DNA from: an uncultured Flavobacteriales bacterium
Lineage (GTDB): Bacteria > Bacteroidota > Bacteroidia > AKYH767-A > 2013-40CM-41-45
NCBI GenBank assembly: GCA_964356415.1
Contig: CAYHHK010000002.1
Coordinates: 13,732-77,731 of the forward strand
Direction of reading: 5' to 3'
DNA: 64,000 bases
The position numbers and the translations under genes were made by a program. Shown here piece by piece: positions 45,858-57,089 of this stretch. Below the pieces are notes generated by a model. That model was not told the DNA's origin, ran no database searches, and saw nothing but the letters and a program-made list of their open reading frames with translations. Numbering within the stretch: the first letter of the stretch is position 1; the number at the start of each line of letters is the position of its first letter.

Positions 45858-48800
45858 ATGAAAAACAAACTTGGATTCCTGCTGATATTTTTATGTGTAT
45901 CAGCTTATTCATTGAATTATTTCCAAACCACAAAGCAGCAGTCAAAAAAACAATCCGGATCATCCGAAAGCTATTCATCCTATTGGAATAAGGTAGATTC
46001 CCTTGAGAAAAAAGGCCTAAACAAATCAGCACTCGAAACGGTGATGAAAATTTATGCCAAATCAAAGGCGGAGAATAATACTTCACAGCTTCTGAAGTCA
46101 GTTATTCACCGGATGAAATTTGAAAGCCATACAGAAGAGGATAACATAAAAAAAAGTATCAGTGATTTAAAGGATGATTGTGCGAAAGCTCATTTTCCCG
46201 CAAATGCAATATTGCACAGCATGCTTGCTGAAACGTACTGGAACTACTACCAGCAGAACCGCTGGAAATTCATGAACCGCACCGAGACAGTTGATTTCAA
46301 AAATGATGACATCAGCACATGGGACCTGAAAAAAATTTTCGAGCAAACCGTAAGTGAATACCGACGTTCACTGGATATGCAAAACAAGGCAATGAATATC
46401 CAGGTTGATATTTTTGATGAAGTGCTGGCAAAAGGAAATACAGAAGAAGCAAGAAAATTCAGACCCACATTGTACGATTTCCTCGCTCACCGAGCAGTTG
46501 ACTTTTTTATGAATGAAGAATCCGGCCTTACTCAACCTGCCAACAAATACAAGATCGACGCTGCATGGTACCTCAATGACGTAGACATGTTTCTGAATTT
46601 TGTTTTGCTCAAAGAAGATTCCTTAAACATGAAGTTCAATGCCATTTCAATCCTTCAGAATCTGATTCGGTTTCACCAGAATGATGCTCATCCCGGAGCC
46701 CTTATTGATGTTAATCTCAAACGGTTGAAATTTGTTTACAATGAACTTACAATTTCCAATAAAGATTCACTCTATCTGCAGGTTCTTCAGCAGATTGCCG
46801 GCCGCTATCACGACTACCCTGGGAGTACAGATGCTTTATATGAAATCGCAATGCATTATTTCAACAAAGGCAGTGGCTACATAAAAGGCGACGATGATGA
46901 GATCCGGCTGATGAAGAAAAAAGCTGAAATGGTATGCGACACAGCCATTTCAAGGTTTCCCTATTCTCAGGGTGGACTCAACTGCAAGCACCTCAAAGGA
47001 GAGATCAATGAAAAGCTCATCACCTTTCAGACAGAAAAAGTGAATGTACCTGATCATGCTTTTCTGGGTAGTATAAAGTATTTGAACATCGGTAAAGTAT
47101 TTGCGCGTGTTGCAAGAATGGATTCAAAAGAAGACCTGGAACTCTCCGGCTTATACGGTGAACGCCTGGTGAAATATTTCCTCACCCTGCCATCTGTAAA
47201 GGAATGGAATATCACCCTTCCGCAAGATGGTGACAAGCAAACCCACGTAGCAGAAATCAGCATCCCCGGATTACCTTCAGGTAAATATGTAATTCTCATT
47301 TCATCTGATGCAAATTTTTCCTACGAAAAAAACTCCGTTTCTTATTCTACAGTTTATGTTTCCAATCTAAGCTATATCAACCGGAGAAAAAATGGCGGCT
47401 ACGACATCCATATTCTCAACCGAACTACCGGTGAACCAATAGCAGGTGTTTCTGCCACACTTTATACTTCTCAGTACAATTACAACTCACGGAAATATGA
47501 AACGGTAAAAGGAAAATCATTTACCACTGACAGTAAGGGATATATTGACCTTGCAGGGGAAGATGATCGCCGTAATTATAGCATAGAACTGGTCAAAGAA
47601 AACGATCGCCTCTTTATCAATGACAATCTGTATTCATATCTGAATCAAGAGGAGAAACAAATGCATTTTGCAACTTATTTCTTCACGGATCGCTCGATAT
47701 ACCGTCCGGGCCAGATCATTTATTTCAAAGGCATTGTACTCGAAACAGATGGACAAATATCCCACATCAAAACCGGATTAAAGTCAACAGTTGCATTGTA
47801 CGATGTGAATTCACAAAAAATTACCGACGTGCAGTTAACAACCAACGAATTCGGAACTTTCAACGGAACTTTCACCGCTCCGCAAGGCGTGCTCACTGGA
47901 ATGATGCGTATTCAGAATGAAAGCGGGACACGCTATTTTTCCATGGAAGAATATAAAAGGCCTAAGTTTGAAGTCACATTTGATCTGGTGCAGGGAAGTT
48001 ATTTGGTAAACAACAGGATTACAGTTGTGGGAAAAGCGATGACCTATTCCGGAGCAATTGTAAGCGAGGCAAAAGTTACTTATCGAATAACCCGTTCTTC
48101 ACAATTACCTAAATGGTTTTATTCCTGGAGAAGTTTTTACATGCCTTCATCTCCCCAGACAGAAATTACGAATGGTATTACTGAAACCGATGCAGCAGGA
48201 AACTTCCGAATTACATTTGACGCACTTGCTGATGAAAAAATCCCCAGATCCGGCAGTCCGGTTTTTGATTTCGAAATCAGCGCAGACGTAACCGACATCA
48301 ATGGTGAAACCCGTGGAAGCACACAAAACGTCAGTGTGGGATACCAGGCGCTATTCATAGAAACTGACCTGAAGGAAAACATGAACAGGGATTTGTGGAA
48401 GCCTATAGTGATCAGGAGTCGCAACATGGCCGGCAATTTTGAGGCTGCACAAGGAAAAGTTTCAATCTACCGTCTCGAAAAACCGGGACGGCTATTTCGA
48501 AAACGCCTGCTGGAAGCGACCGACAAACACACCATCAGTCGTGCTGATTTTGAAAAAGAATTCCCATTCGATGTTTTCGAAAATGAAAACGATGCCTCAA
48601 CCTGGAAAAAAGCCGAAGAAATAATTTCAGGAAATTTTGACACACAAAAAGATTCACTTGTTACCGTTCCTGACGCAAAAAAACTCAAACAGGGAATGTA
48701 TGTGATGGAAATAAAGTCCAAAGATAAATACAGCAATGATGTACTTTATACGCAGTACTTCTCTTTATTTTCTACAAAAGAAAAAGAATGCCCTGTGGAT

Positions 48801-51800
48801 TCATTTGCCTCTTTTATTCCTATCAAAACAAAAGGCGAGCCCGGTGAGAAAGCACAGTTTTTAATCGGCTCTTCTGATAAAAACGTGAATGTACTTTTTG
48901 AAATCGAACAACATGAAAAAATAATTTCCAAAGAATGGTTCACACTCAATGCTGAGCAAAAACTCATCGAAATTCCAATAGAGGAATCACACAGGGGAAA
49001 TTTTGCAGTACACTTTACATTTGTAAAACAAAATCGTTTCTACAAAACAGATCAGTTTGTAACCGTGCCCTGGTCCAATAAAGAAATCACTGTTTCTCTG
49101 GAAACTTTCAGGAACAAATTATTGCCCGGCGCAAAAGAAGAATGGCGTCTGAAGCTGAGCGGAAAGTTTACCGATAAAATCGCCGCCGAAGTAGTGGCAA
49201 ATATGTACGATGCATCGCTGGATGTCTTTCAAAAGCATGAATGGGACTTCAACATCTGGAATTTATCCCATTCGACTTCAGGTTTTCAATCCGGGACTAT
49301 GTTTGGCGTCGTTCCCTCTGCGAATTTCGCCAAGAACTGGAATGATATTCCTGCACAGAAATTCAGAACATATGACCAGCTGAATTGGTTCGGATATTCT
49401 GTGTATTCGCATTTCTACAACAAATCTTTCAGAGATGGAGGCGGCGCACCAATGAGCATGTCTCAGGAGAGCAGTCCGATGATGACGAAAGAAGCCGAAG
49501 GTGATATTGTAGATAAAGGCCAGGCGGCAACGATGGCACCTGAAGAAACGAAAAAATACAACGGAGAGTTTGGACGGAAACCAACAGGACCGTCAACCAT
49601 CATCCCCCGCACTAATTTTTCTGAAACTGCATTTTTCTATCCAACCTTAATGACCAACGAAAAAAATGAGGTCATATTTTCTTTTACAATGCCTGATGCA
49701 CTAACACGATGGAAATTTATGGCACTGGCACATACCAAAGGACTCGAATATGGAATGATTGAAAAAGAAGTCGTCACACAAAAAGAACTCATGGTTGTTC
49801 CGAATGCCCCGCGTTTTTTACGAGAAGGAGACACCCTCAGCTTTCCGTGCAAGATCTCAAATCTGTCCGATTCGACAATGGCCGGCAAGGCAACATTATC
49901 CTTCATTGATGCAATAACAAACGCAAACATCACTTCGCAAATTCTTAAAGGAGATTCATCCGTTGCCTTCGTTACCGCCAAAGGCGCAAATACGAATTTG
50001 ATATGGTCATTGGTAATACCAGAAGGATTAAGCACTGTTAAATACAGGATCACTGCACAGGCACAAAATTTCACAGATGGCGAAGAGCAGGCGATTCCTG
50101 TTTTGACCAACAGGATGCTCGTTACTGAATCAATGCCATTGTGGGCTAATTCAAAACAAACAAAAACATTTTCATTTGATAAATTCAAAAACAACACGTC
50201 CTCAACGCTAAAGAACCACAAGCTCACGCTGGAGTACACCTCCAATCCGGCCTGGTATGCCATTCAGGCTTTGCCATATCTGATGGAATATCCATATGAA
50301 TGTTCAGAGCAGATTTTTTCACGTTACTATGCAAATGCACTTGCATCGCATGTAGCCAACTCCAGTCCAAGGATCAAAGCAGTTTTGGATTCGTGGAAAA
50401 TGCAATCTCCTGAATCATTTCTGTCAAACCTTGAAAAAAATCAGGAACTCAAAACAACCATCCTGGAGCAAACACCATGGGTACTTGATGCAAAAGATGA
50501 AAGCGAAAGAAAGAAGAGAGTGGCGCTTCTTTTTGACCTTAACAAGATGAGTGCTGAGTTGCAAAATGCAATACTCAAACTTCAGAAAAAACAGAATCCA
50601 GACGGATCCTGGTCATGGTTTGACGGCATGCCCGACGACCGGTACATTACCCAGTACATTGTTGAAGGATTCGGCCACCTTGATCACCTCGGAGTTAAAA
50701 CAGTCCGTGAAGATGAAAGAACATGGAACATGGTTCAACGCTCGGTTGAATACCTCGACAGAAGGATCAATGATGATTACAAGGATCTGATTTCCCGGAA
50801 AGCAGACATGGCAAAAAACAATCTCACATCCATTCAGATACATTATTTGTATGCAAGGAGTTTTTTCAAAGACCTGCCGGTGGATGGAGAATTCCGCAAA
50901 TCACTCGACTACTATTTATCGATGGAAAAGAAATACTGGCTGGATCAAACCAATGAGTATATGCAAAGCATGATCTCACTTACGCTTTCCAAAAACAATG
51001 AAAAGTCCGTTGCCATGGACATCATCAGATCGCTGAAGGAAAATTCACAATACAGTGAGGAACTTGGGCGTTACTGGAAGAACAATGCCGGTGGATATTA
51101 CTGGGGACTGGCTTCCATTGAAACACAATCAATACTGATCGAAGCATTTCACGATGTTGCAGGGGATAAACAGACTGTTGACGAAATGCAACGCTGGCTT
51201 TTAAAGAACAAACAAACGAACGACTGGAAAACAACCAAAGCCACAGCAGAGGCATGTTATGCACTGCTTCTTCAGGGAACTGATTTCCTCTCACAATCTG
51301 CAGCTGCAGATATAACACTTGGAAACGAAAAAATAAGTCCATCCTCCTACCCTGAAATAAAAGCGGAAGCAGGAACAGGTTATTACAAAATAGCATGGAG
51401 CAGCAATGATATCAGAAAGGACATGGGCGATGTGAAAGTTGTTAATAATAATGAAGTGCCGGGATGGGGAGCGCTTTACTGGCAATACTTTGAACAGCTT
51501 GACAAAATCACTCCTCATGAAACTCCGCTGAAACTGAAAAAGCAGCTCTTCATAGAACAAAATTCTCCATCAGGAAAGGTCATTGTCCCTGTGAGCGAAC
51601 AAACGCAGGTTAAAGTAAGTGACCGCTTAAAAGTGCGGATTGAACTGCGTGTTGACCGCGATATGGAATACGTGATGATGAAGGATATGCGCGCCTCCGG
51701 TTTAGAGCCCGAGAATGTTTTGTCCTCATATAAATGGCAGGATGGTCTTGGCTATTATGAAAGCACACATGATGCATCCACTGATTTCTTTTTCTCCTAT

Positions 51801-51947
51801 TTACCCAAGGGAACGTATGTATTTGAGTACCCGCTACGCGCCTCACAGGAAGGTAATTTCTCCAACGGAATTACAAATATTCAGTGTATGTATGCGCCGG
51901 AATTTGGTGCTCATAGCGAAGGTGTGCGGCTGCAGATCCTGAAATAA
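45858..51947 (+). CDS. bacterial alpha-2-macroglobulin family protein (2029 aa) with thioester motif
   Basis: Signal peptide MKNKLGFLLIFLCVSAYS. Thioester-site MEYPYECSEQ (nt ~50301-50312); cf. E. coli YfhM YPYGCLEQ. MG-domain-sized repeats. The C-terminal receptor-binding-like region is present. Confidence 0.8.
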   Translation: MKNKLGFLLIFLCVSAYSLNYFQTTKQQSKKQSGSSESYSSYWNKVDSLEKKGLNKSALETVMKIYAKSKAENNTSQLLKSVIHRMKFESHTEEDNIKKSISDLKDDCAKAHFPANAILHSMLAETYWNYYQQNRWKFMNRTETVDFKNDDISTWDLKKIFEQTVSEYRRSLDMQNKAMNIQVDIFDEVLAKGNTEEARKFRPTLYDFLAHRAVDFFMNEESGLTQPANKYKIDAAWYLNDVDMFLNFVLLKEDSLNMKFNAISILQNLIRFHQNDAHPGALIDVNLKRLKFVYNELTISNKDSLYLQVLQQIAGRYHDYPGSTDALYEIAMHYFNKGSGYIKGDDDEIRLMKKKAEMVCDTAISRFPYSQGGLNCKHLKGEINEKLITFQTEKVNVPDHAFLGSIKYLNIGKVFARVARMDSKEDLELSGLYGERLVKYFLTLPSVKEWNITLPQDGDKQTHVAEISIPGLPSGKYVILISSDANFSYEKNSVSYSTVYVSNLSYINRRKNGGYDIHILNRTTGEPIAGVSATLYTSQYNYNSRKYETVKGKSFTTDSKGYIDLAGEDDRRNYSIELVKENDRLFINDNLYSYLNQEEKQMHFATYFFTDRSIYRPGQIIYFKGIVLETDGQISHIKTGLKSTVALYDVNSQKITDVQLTTNEFGTFNGTFTAPQGVLTGMMRIQNESGTRYFSMEEYKRPKFEVTFDLVQGSYLVNNRITVVGKAMTYSGAIVSEAKVTYRITRSSQLPKWFYSWRSFYMPSSPQTEITNGITETDAAGNFRITFDALADEKIPRSGSPVFDFEISADVTDINGETRGSTQNVSVGYQALFIETDLKENMNRDLWKPIVIRSRNMAGNFEAAQGKVSIYRLEKPGRLFRKRLLEATDKHTISRADFEKEFPFDVFENENDASTWKKAEEIISGNFDTQKDSLVTVPDAKKLKQGMYVMEIKSKDKYSNDVLYTQYFSLFSTKEKECPVDSFASFIPIKTKGEPGEKAQFLIGSSDKNVNVLFEIEQHEKIISKEWFTLNAEQKLIEIPIEESHRGNFAVHFTFVKQNRFYKTDQFVTVPWSNKEITVSLETFRNKLLPGAKEEWRLKLSGKFTDKIAAEVVANMYDASLDVFQKHEWDFNIWNLSHSTSGFQSGTMFGVVPSANFAKNWNDIPAQKFRTYDQLNWFGYSVYSHFYNKSFRDGGGAPMSMSQESSPMMTKEAEGDIVDKGQAATMAPEETKKYNGEFGRKPTGPSTIIPRTNFSETAFFYPTLMTNEKNEVIFSFTMPDALTRWKFMALAHTKGLEYGMIEKEVVTQKELMVVPNAPRFLREGDTLSFPCKISNLSDSTMAGKATLSFIDAITNANITSQILKGDSSVAFVTAKGANTNLIWSLVIPEGLSTVKYRITAQAQNFTDGEEQAIPVLTNRMLVTESMPLWANSKQTKTFSFDKFKNNTSSTLKNHKLTLEYTSNPAWYAIQALPYLMEYPYECSEQIFSRYYANALASHVANSSPRIKAVLDSWKMQSPESFLSNLEKNQELKTTILEQTPWVLDAKDESERKKRVALLFDLNKMSAELQNAILKLQKKQNPDGSWSWFDGMPDDRYITQYIVEGFGHLDHLGVKTVREDERTWNMVQRSVEYLDRRINDDYKDLISRKADMAKNNLTSIQIHYLYARSFFKDLPVDGEFRKSLDYYLSMEKKYWLDQTNEYMQSMISLTLSKNNEKSVAMDIIRSLKENSQYSEELGRYWKNNAGGYYWGLASIETQSILIEAFHDVAGDKQTVDEMQRWLLKNKQTNDWKTTKATAEACYALLLQGTDFLSQSAAADITLGNEKISPSSYPEIKAEAGTGYYKIAWSSNDIRKDMGDVKVVNNNEVPGWGALYWQYFEQLDKITPHETPLKLKKQLFIEQNSPSGKVIVPVSEQTQVKVSDRLKVRIELRVDRDMEYVMMKDMRASGLEPENVLSSYKWQDGLGYYESTHDASTDFFFSYLPKGTYVFEYPLRASQEGNFSNGITNIQCMYAPEFGAHSEGVRLQILK

Positions 51948-51998
51948 AGTCAAATAATTAACTGATGGAAAATTATCTAAAACAGAACAGCATTTAAT

Positions 51999-52835
51999 TT
52001 ATCGGCACACAGGCTTGATCAGTTCCAAACTCAGGTTCCACAACCTTTCTGAAATGGAGGCATCATAATTATTTTTAAACTTCACTTCAGGATGGCCCGG
52101 CTTATTCAGAAAGTACCCTGAAAAGTTGACATCTTCATCACTGGCGAGGTAAACAAAATTTGCGGCAGCCTTATCGGCCGAGGTACCGAAAATGCCCAAC
52201 CCGATCTTAAAGAAAAAATTGGAATGGCGTACAATACCGGTATTAGCCACTCCGACATTGGCCATGTTTATCACAACTTTATTGTCAGGATTTCTCCTTG
52301 CAAATTCCTGAACGAATAAATGGTTGGCAAACATTTCCTGCGCCATGGCACGGATCATTGTAAAATTATTTTTCAGCGATATATCATCAAAGAAAATTTT
52401 TGCGCCCTTAATTACCGGTGCGCCAACCATTACAATCTTGGCTTTTGCGCGAATCAATTCAGGCATCAGCATCTGCGCGACAGCGAAACGACTCAGGTAT
52501 TGAATGGCAAAACCAGCTTCCAGTCCATCGGCAGTAAATACCTGGTTTGGCAGAATAACCCCTGTAGAAAGAACGAGAGCGTCTATGGCATTTGTTTTTT
52601 CCTTAATCGCATCTGACAATTTCCGCATCCCGCTGATTACAGATATATCTATTGAAATTCCCTCCACATTGCTGTTTCCTGATTGCAATTTTATTTCCTC
52701 AACAGCCTGAATCGTTTTCTCAGCATTCCTTCCATGGATGATGACACGATATTGTTTTTTTGCCAGTGCTACAGCCGTTGCCTTCCCGATGCCACTGTTA
52801 CCCCCTGTTATTACTGCTGTTTTCATTTCCTTCAC
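51999..52835 (-). CDS. SDR-family oxidoreductase (retinol-dehydrogenase-like)
   Basis: ITGGNSGIGKATA Rossmann motif. 278 aa. Confidence 0.75.
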   Translation of the reverse strand: MKEMKTAVITGGNSGIGKATAVALAKKQYRVIIHGRNAEKTIQAVEEIKLQSGNSNVEGISIDISVISGMRKLSDAIKEKTNAIDALVLSTGVILPNQVFTADGLEAGFAIQYLSRFAVAQMLMPELIRAKAKIVMVGAPVIKGAKIFFDDISLKNNFTMIRAMAQEMFANHLFVQEFARRNPDNKVVINMANVGVANTGIVRHSNFFFKIGLGIFGTSADKAAANFVYLASDEDVNFSGYFLNKPGHPEVKFKNNYDASISERLWNLSLELIKPVCR

Positions 52836-53002
52836 TTTGTTTCTAAATAATTGCTAACCATATGAACTCTATGCAACAATAAGTTATTTGTGAACTTATT
52901 CAAAATGCAACGGATCTGGCGAAATGAAATAAGTTACCTTTGCCGCCACCCAATTCCTACAGAAGAACACCTAAACACCAGCATTGTTTTCGGATTAATA
53001 GC

Positions 53003-55318
53003 ATGTCAGAGAATTACCTCGAACATTTGAATGAAGCACAGCACGCAGCGGTTGTTCATACCGACGGTCCTGTGATGATTATTGCAGGAGCCGGTTCAGG
53101 CAAGACCCGTGTGCTTACTTACCGCATTGCACATCTGCTTCAAAAAGGGGTAGATGCTTTTAATATTCTTGCGCTCACATTTACCAATAAGGCCAGCAAG
53201 GAGATGCGTGAGCGTATTGAAAAGATTATGGGGAATGAGGCTAAGAATCTCTGGATGGGAACCTTTCATGCCGTGTTTGCAAAAATACTTCGCATTGAAG
53301 CTGAAAAACTTGGTTACCCTCACAACTTCACCATCTATGATACTGATGATGCAAAAAGTCTGATGCGGGATATAATCAGAGAGAATGGACTGGATGATAA
53401 AATGTATAAGCCGGACGTTATCCTGAAAAGAATTTCTGCTGCAAAGAATAACCTCTACTCATGGAAAGACTACCAGGACAATATTAATTTCGTGAACGAC
53501 GACATCACGAGTGGCAGGCCGAAAATGGGCCAGCTGTTTGAGCTTTATTCAAAACGCTGCTTCAAAGCATCCGGGATGGATTTTGATGACCTCCTTTATA
53601 ATATGTGGGTGCTGCTCAACAAATCACCGGAAGCACTTTACAAATACCAGCACAAGTTTAAATATGTACTGGTAGATGAGTTTCAGGATACCAACTATGC
53701 ACAGTACATGGTACTTAAAAAACTTGCAGCATCTTTTGAAAATATTTGCGTTGTGGGTGATGATGCGCAAAGTATCTATGCATTCCGTGGAGCGAACATC
53801 AACAACATATTATCTTTTGAAAAAGATTATCCTGACCTGAATGTCTTCAAGCTGGAGCAGAACTACCGCAGCACGAAAAATATTGTTAATACTGCCAACC
53901 ACCTGATCGCAAATAACAAGAAACAACTCAAGAAAGACGTCTGGACCCACAATGACGAAGGCGAAAAGATAAAGCTGGTTCGTGCATTGAGTGACAACGA
54001 AGAAGGCGTGATGGTTGCAAACTCAATCTTTGAAAACAAGGTCAATAAGCAATGGCACAACAAGGCATTTGCCATCCTATACCGAACCAATGCGCAAAGC
54101 CGTTCCTTTGAGGAGGCATTGCGTAAAATGAACATCGCATACCGTATTTACGGCGGCTTGTCATTCTACAAACGCAAAGAGATCAAAGACCTGATCGCAT
54201 ATTTCCGTTTGGTAATCAATCACAACGATGAGGAAGCAATGAAACGGATCATCAATGTACCTGCCCGCGGAATCGGGAAAACCACACTGGAAAAAATCAC
54301 CATTACTGCATCAGAGAAAGACAAAAGCCTGTGGGAAATTATTTCGAATGCAAAACTCAATGAAGCGGAACTCAATAACGGAATACTGACCAAGACAGGC
54401 GAGTTTGTGACGATGATGAAAAGCTTTTCGGTAAAACTTAAAAGTGACAATGCGTACGACCTTGCCAGTCATATTGCATCCTCAACAGGTTTGCTCAAAG
54501 ACCTCTATTCCGATAAAACTCCGGAAGGACTCAGCAAGTATGAAAACGTACAGGAGCTTCTGAGCGGTATCAAAGAATTTGTTGAGACGGGCAGGTCAAT
54601 TACTCCCGCGGGCGATGAAAGCACTTATGCCGATACCGGCGAAGTGCGGACCCTTGAAATGTACATGCAGGACATTTCCCTGCTCACAGATGCAGACGAT
54701 GAAAATAAAGATACGGATACTGTTTCGTTAATGACCATCCATGCTGCCAAGGGACTGGAATTTCCGGCAGTGTATGTTGTGGGCCTGGAAGAAAATCTTT
54801 TCCCTTCCCAGCTCTCCGTAAATTCCAGGGAGGACCTGGAAGAAGAACGCCGGTTGTTTTATGTAGCGATTACGCGGGCAGAGAAAATGCTCACACTGAG
54901 TTATGCCAACTCCCGTTTCCGGTGGGGAAATCTGGTCAACAATGAGCCGAGCCGTTTTATTGAGGAACTCGATATGAAGCACATTGAAGAAACAGGGGTC
55001 AGAAAACCCAACTTTGATTTTGTTTTTAATGGCGGTGAGGAACGGTGGACTTCAGATGCCACACCTAAAACAGGCGGTATCTTTTCGAAGCAGCCGGCCA
55101 ACCTTAAAAAAGTTGCGTCTCAGGAGGTGAAAAATTTTACAGGAGATGATACCTCAGACATCCAGGTTGGAATGGACGTTGAACACCAGCGTTTTGGAAT
55201 AGGAAAAGTGCTGATGCTGGAAGGTAACGGGGCAGACAGAAAAGCCCTGATTTTCTTCCAGGGTATTGGACAAAAACAGCTTTTACTGAAATTTGCAAAG
55301 CTCAAAATCCTGAGTTAG
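53003..55318 (+). CDS. UvrD/PcrA/Rep-family ATP-dependent DNA helicase
   Basis: Walker A AGAGSGKTRVLTYRIA. Helicase motifs II-VI (LVDEFQDTN, TIHAAKGLEFP...). The start is taken at 53003 (MSENYLEHLNEAQ); the track start at 52940 adds 21 residues. Confidence 0.9.
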   Translation: MSENYLEHLNEAQHAAVVHTDGPVMIIAGAGSGKTRVLTYRIAHLLQKGVDAFNILALTFTNKASKEMRERIEKIMGNEAKNLWMGTFHAVFAKILRIEAEKLGYPHNFTIYDTDDAKSLMRDIIRENGLDDKMYKPDVILKRISAAKNNLYSWKDYQDNINFVNDDITSGRPKMGQLFELYSKRCFKASGMDFDDLLYNMWVLLNKSPEALYKYQHKFKYVLVDEFQDTNYAQYMVLKKLAASFENICVVGDDAQSIYAFRGANINNILSFEKDYPDLNVFKLEQNYRSTKNIVNTANHLIANNKKQLKKDVWTHNDEGEKIKLVRALSDNEEGVMVANSIFENKVNKQWHNKAFAILYRTNAQSRSFEEALRKMNIAYRIYGGLSFYKRKEIKDLIAYFRLVINHNDEEAMKRIINVPARGIGKTTLEKITITASEKDKSLWEIISNAKLNEAELNNGILTKTGEFVTMMKSFSVKLKSDNAYDLASHIASSTGLLKDLYSDKTPEGLSKYENVQELLSGIKEFVETGRSITPAGDESTYADTGEVRTLEMYMQDISLLTDADDENKDTDTVSLMTIHAAKGLEFPAVYVVGLEENLFPSQLSVNSREDLEEERRLFYVAITRAEKMLTLSYANSRFRWGNLVNNEPSRFIEELDMKHIEETGVRKPNFDFVFNGGEERWTSDATPKTGGIFSKQPANLKKVASQEVKNFTGDDTSDIQVGMDVEHQRFGIGKVLMLEGNGADRKALIFFQGIGQKQLLLKFAKLKILS

Positions 55319-55485
55319 CAGAGTAAAAGAATCTTCTTACCTTGCACAACCTAATGCGTTATTCGTTATCAGTTCACCGTTAACCGAGACTGAATTGCCA
55401 GTGCTTATGTATGTCAAACGCATTCCCCGAATAACTATTAACCTGCCTACCGTCAGGCAGGCGATTAACCAATAACAATTTTTCA

Positions 55486-56142
55486 ATGGAATACAATTCA
55501 ACCCGCAACCGACTCGTAATTCCTGAATACGGAAGAAACATTCAGAAGATGATTGAATATGCCATCACGATCGAAAACCGTGAAGAGCGCAATAGTGCTG
55601 CAAAAGCCATCGTTGCTGTAATGGGCTACCTCAATCCTCAATTACAGAATATCACAGACTTCAAACACAAACTCTGGGATCACCTTTTTGTGATCTCTGA
55701 TTTCAAACTGGATGTAGATTCGCCGTATCCAATTCCTACAAAAGATACTTTTAAGAGCAAACCGCAGCGTGTTCCTTACCCGAATAACAAAATTAAATAC
55801 AAGTATTACGGAGTAAATATGGAAACGATGATTGCAAAGATCGCTGCACTTGAAGACGGCCAGCGTAAAGAGCAGATCACCCAAAACATCGCCAACTTTA
55901 TGAAGATGTCATACCTCACATGGAACAAGGACACTGTTGACGATACCACAATCCTGGGCCATCTTGAACAACTCTCCGGTGCAAAGCTGAAACTCTCTGA
56001 AACTGCAAAACTGAATCATACAAATGAGTTGCTTGTGCTCAGTAAAGAAAAAGAACGTGACCGCGAACGCGAACGGAAGATTAACCGCGGTGGCGGAAGG
56101 AATAACAAGAACAACAACAATAACAGGAGAAGGAAGAAGTAG
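55486..56142 (+). CDS. DUF4290-family protein with Arg/Asn-rich basic tail
   Basis: MEYNSTRNRLVIPEYGRNIQKMIEYAITIENREERN is conserved in Bacteroidota. C-terminal ...RERERERKINRGGGRNNKNNNNNRRRKK. Confidence 0.5.
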   Translation: MEYNSTRNRLVIPEYGRNIQKMIEYAITIENREERNSAAKAIVAVMGYLNPQLQNITDFKHKLWDHLFVISDFKLDVDSPYPIPTKDTFKSKPQRVPYPNNKIKYKYYGVNMETMIAKIAALEDGQRKEQITQNIANFMKMSYLTWNKDTVDDTTILGHLEQLSGAKLKLSETAKLNHTNELLVLSKEKERDRERERKINRGGGRNNKNNNNNRRRKK

Positions 56143-56225
56143 TTTAGTAGTTTAGTAGTTTATTGGTTCATTAGGTGAATTTCGTTTACAAGTAAACCAA
56201 TCAACCATTCAACTAATCAACCAAC

Positions 56226-56879
56226 ATGGAAGACAGTACAACCAGAGAAAAAATACTAAAAAAGATCCGCAAGGCGCTGACGAATCACCGATCACAGCCC
56301 TATCCGAATATTGACTGGGACAGTAATGTACATGTGTTGTCAGGAGAACCGCTTGAAGAAACTTTTGCAAAGGAATTCACAGCCATTGGCGGCCGGTTCA
56401 TTTTCTGTGAAAGCGAGCTTGATTTTTTGGAACAGCTGGTTCAACTTTCTGAGGAAGGCGGATGGAAAAGAATCTATTGTTATGAAGAGGAACTTTGTTC
56501 ACTATTGGAGCAGGTAGAATTTCCATTTACCCGCGATCAAAATGATTTCAAAGAAGGAATGGTAGCGATCACATCATGTGAGGCATTGGTTGCAAGACTG
56601 GGCAGCATCATGATTTCATCCAGGTCACAATCAGGAAGAAGGCTGGTGGTGGTTCCGACCGTTCATGTAATTTTTGCAAAAACCTCTCAACTGGTTCCTG
56701 ATGTGAAAGATGCTCTACTGCTGATAAAGAACAAATATCCTGGCCACCTGCCATCGTTCATTGCTTCCATCGCCGGGCCAAGCCGCACTGCTGATATTGA
56801 AAAAACACTGGTTACTCCTGCACATGGCCCAAGAGATATATTCGTTTTCCTGATTGATGATTCTAATAAAGAAAGCTGA
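56226..56879 (+). CDS. LUD-domain (LutC/YkgG-like) protein
   Basis: SIMISSRSQSGRRLVVVPTVHVIF...IAGPSRTADIEKTLVTPAHGPRDIFVFLID. Confidence 0.6.
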   Translation: MEDSTTREKILKKIRKALTNHRSQPYPNIDWDSNVHVLSGEPLEETFAKEFTAIGGRFIFCESELDFLEQLVQLSEEGGWKRIYCYEEELCSLLEQVEFPFTRDQNDFKEGMVAITSCEALVARLGSIMISSRSQSGRRLVVVPTVHVIFAKTSQLVPDVKDALLLIKNKYPGHLPSFIASIAGPSRTADIEKTLVTPAHGPRDIFVFLIDDSNKES

Positions 56880-56882
56880 TGT

Positions 56883-57089
56883 ATGGAAAATGGCTGGATC
56901 AATGTGTATTCATCTGGACTGCCGCATCTGGTGGAAATGGCGAAAGAACTACTCAGGGAAAATGAGATAGAAAGTGTGGTAGTTGACAAGCGCGACTCTG
57001 CCTATATTACGATTGGTGAACTGGAGTTGTTTGTTAGGGACCGTGATGTGATGAAAGCAAAATTTATCCTTGAAAAAAATCCATTGTGA
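56883..57089 (+). CDS. DUF2007-like small protein
   Basis: 68 aa. WINVYSSG...VEMAKELLRENEIESVV pattern. Overlaps cdsA by 4 nt (ATGA). Confidence 0.4.
   Translation: MENGWINVYSSGLPHLVEMAKELLRENEIESVVVDKRDSAYITIGELELFVRDRDVMKAKFILEKNPL

Noticed and set aside
52940-53002. Upstream start of the UvrD-like helicase.
   Set aside because: The 21 extra residues (MPPPNSYRRTPKHQHCFRINS) are not helicase-like. Met at 53003 immediately precedes the conserved N-terminus.
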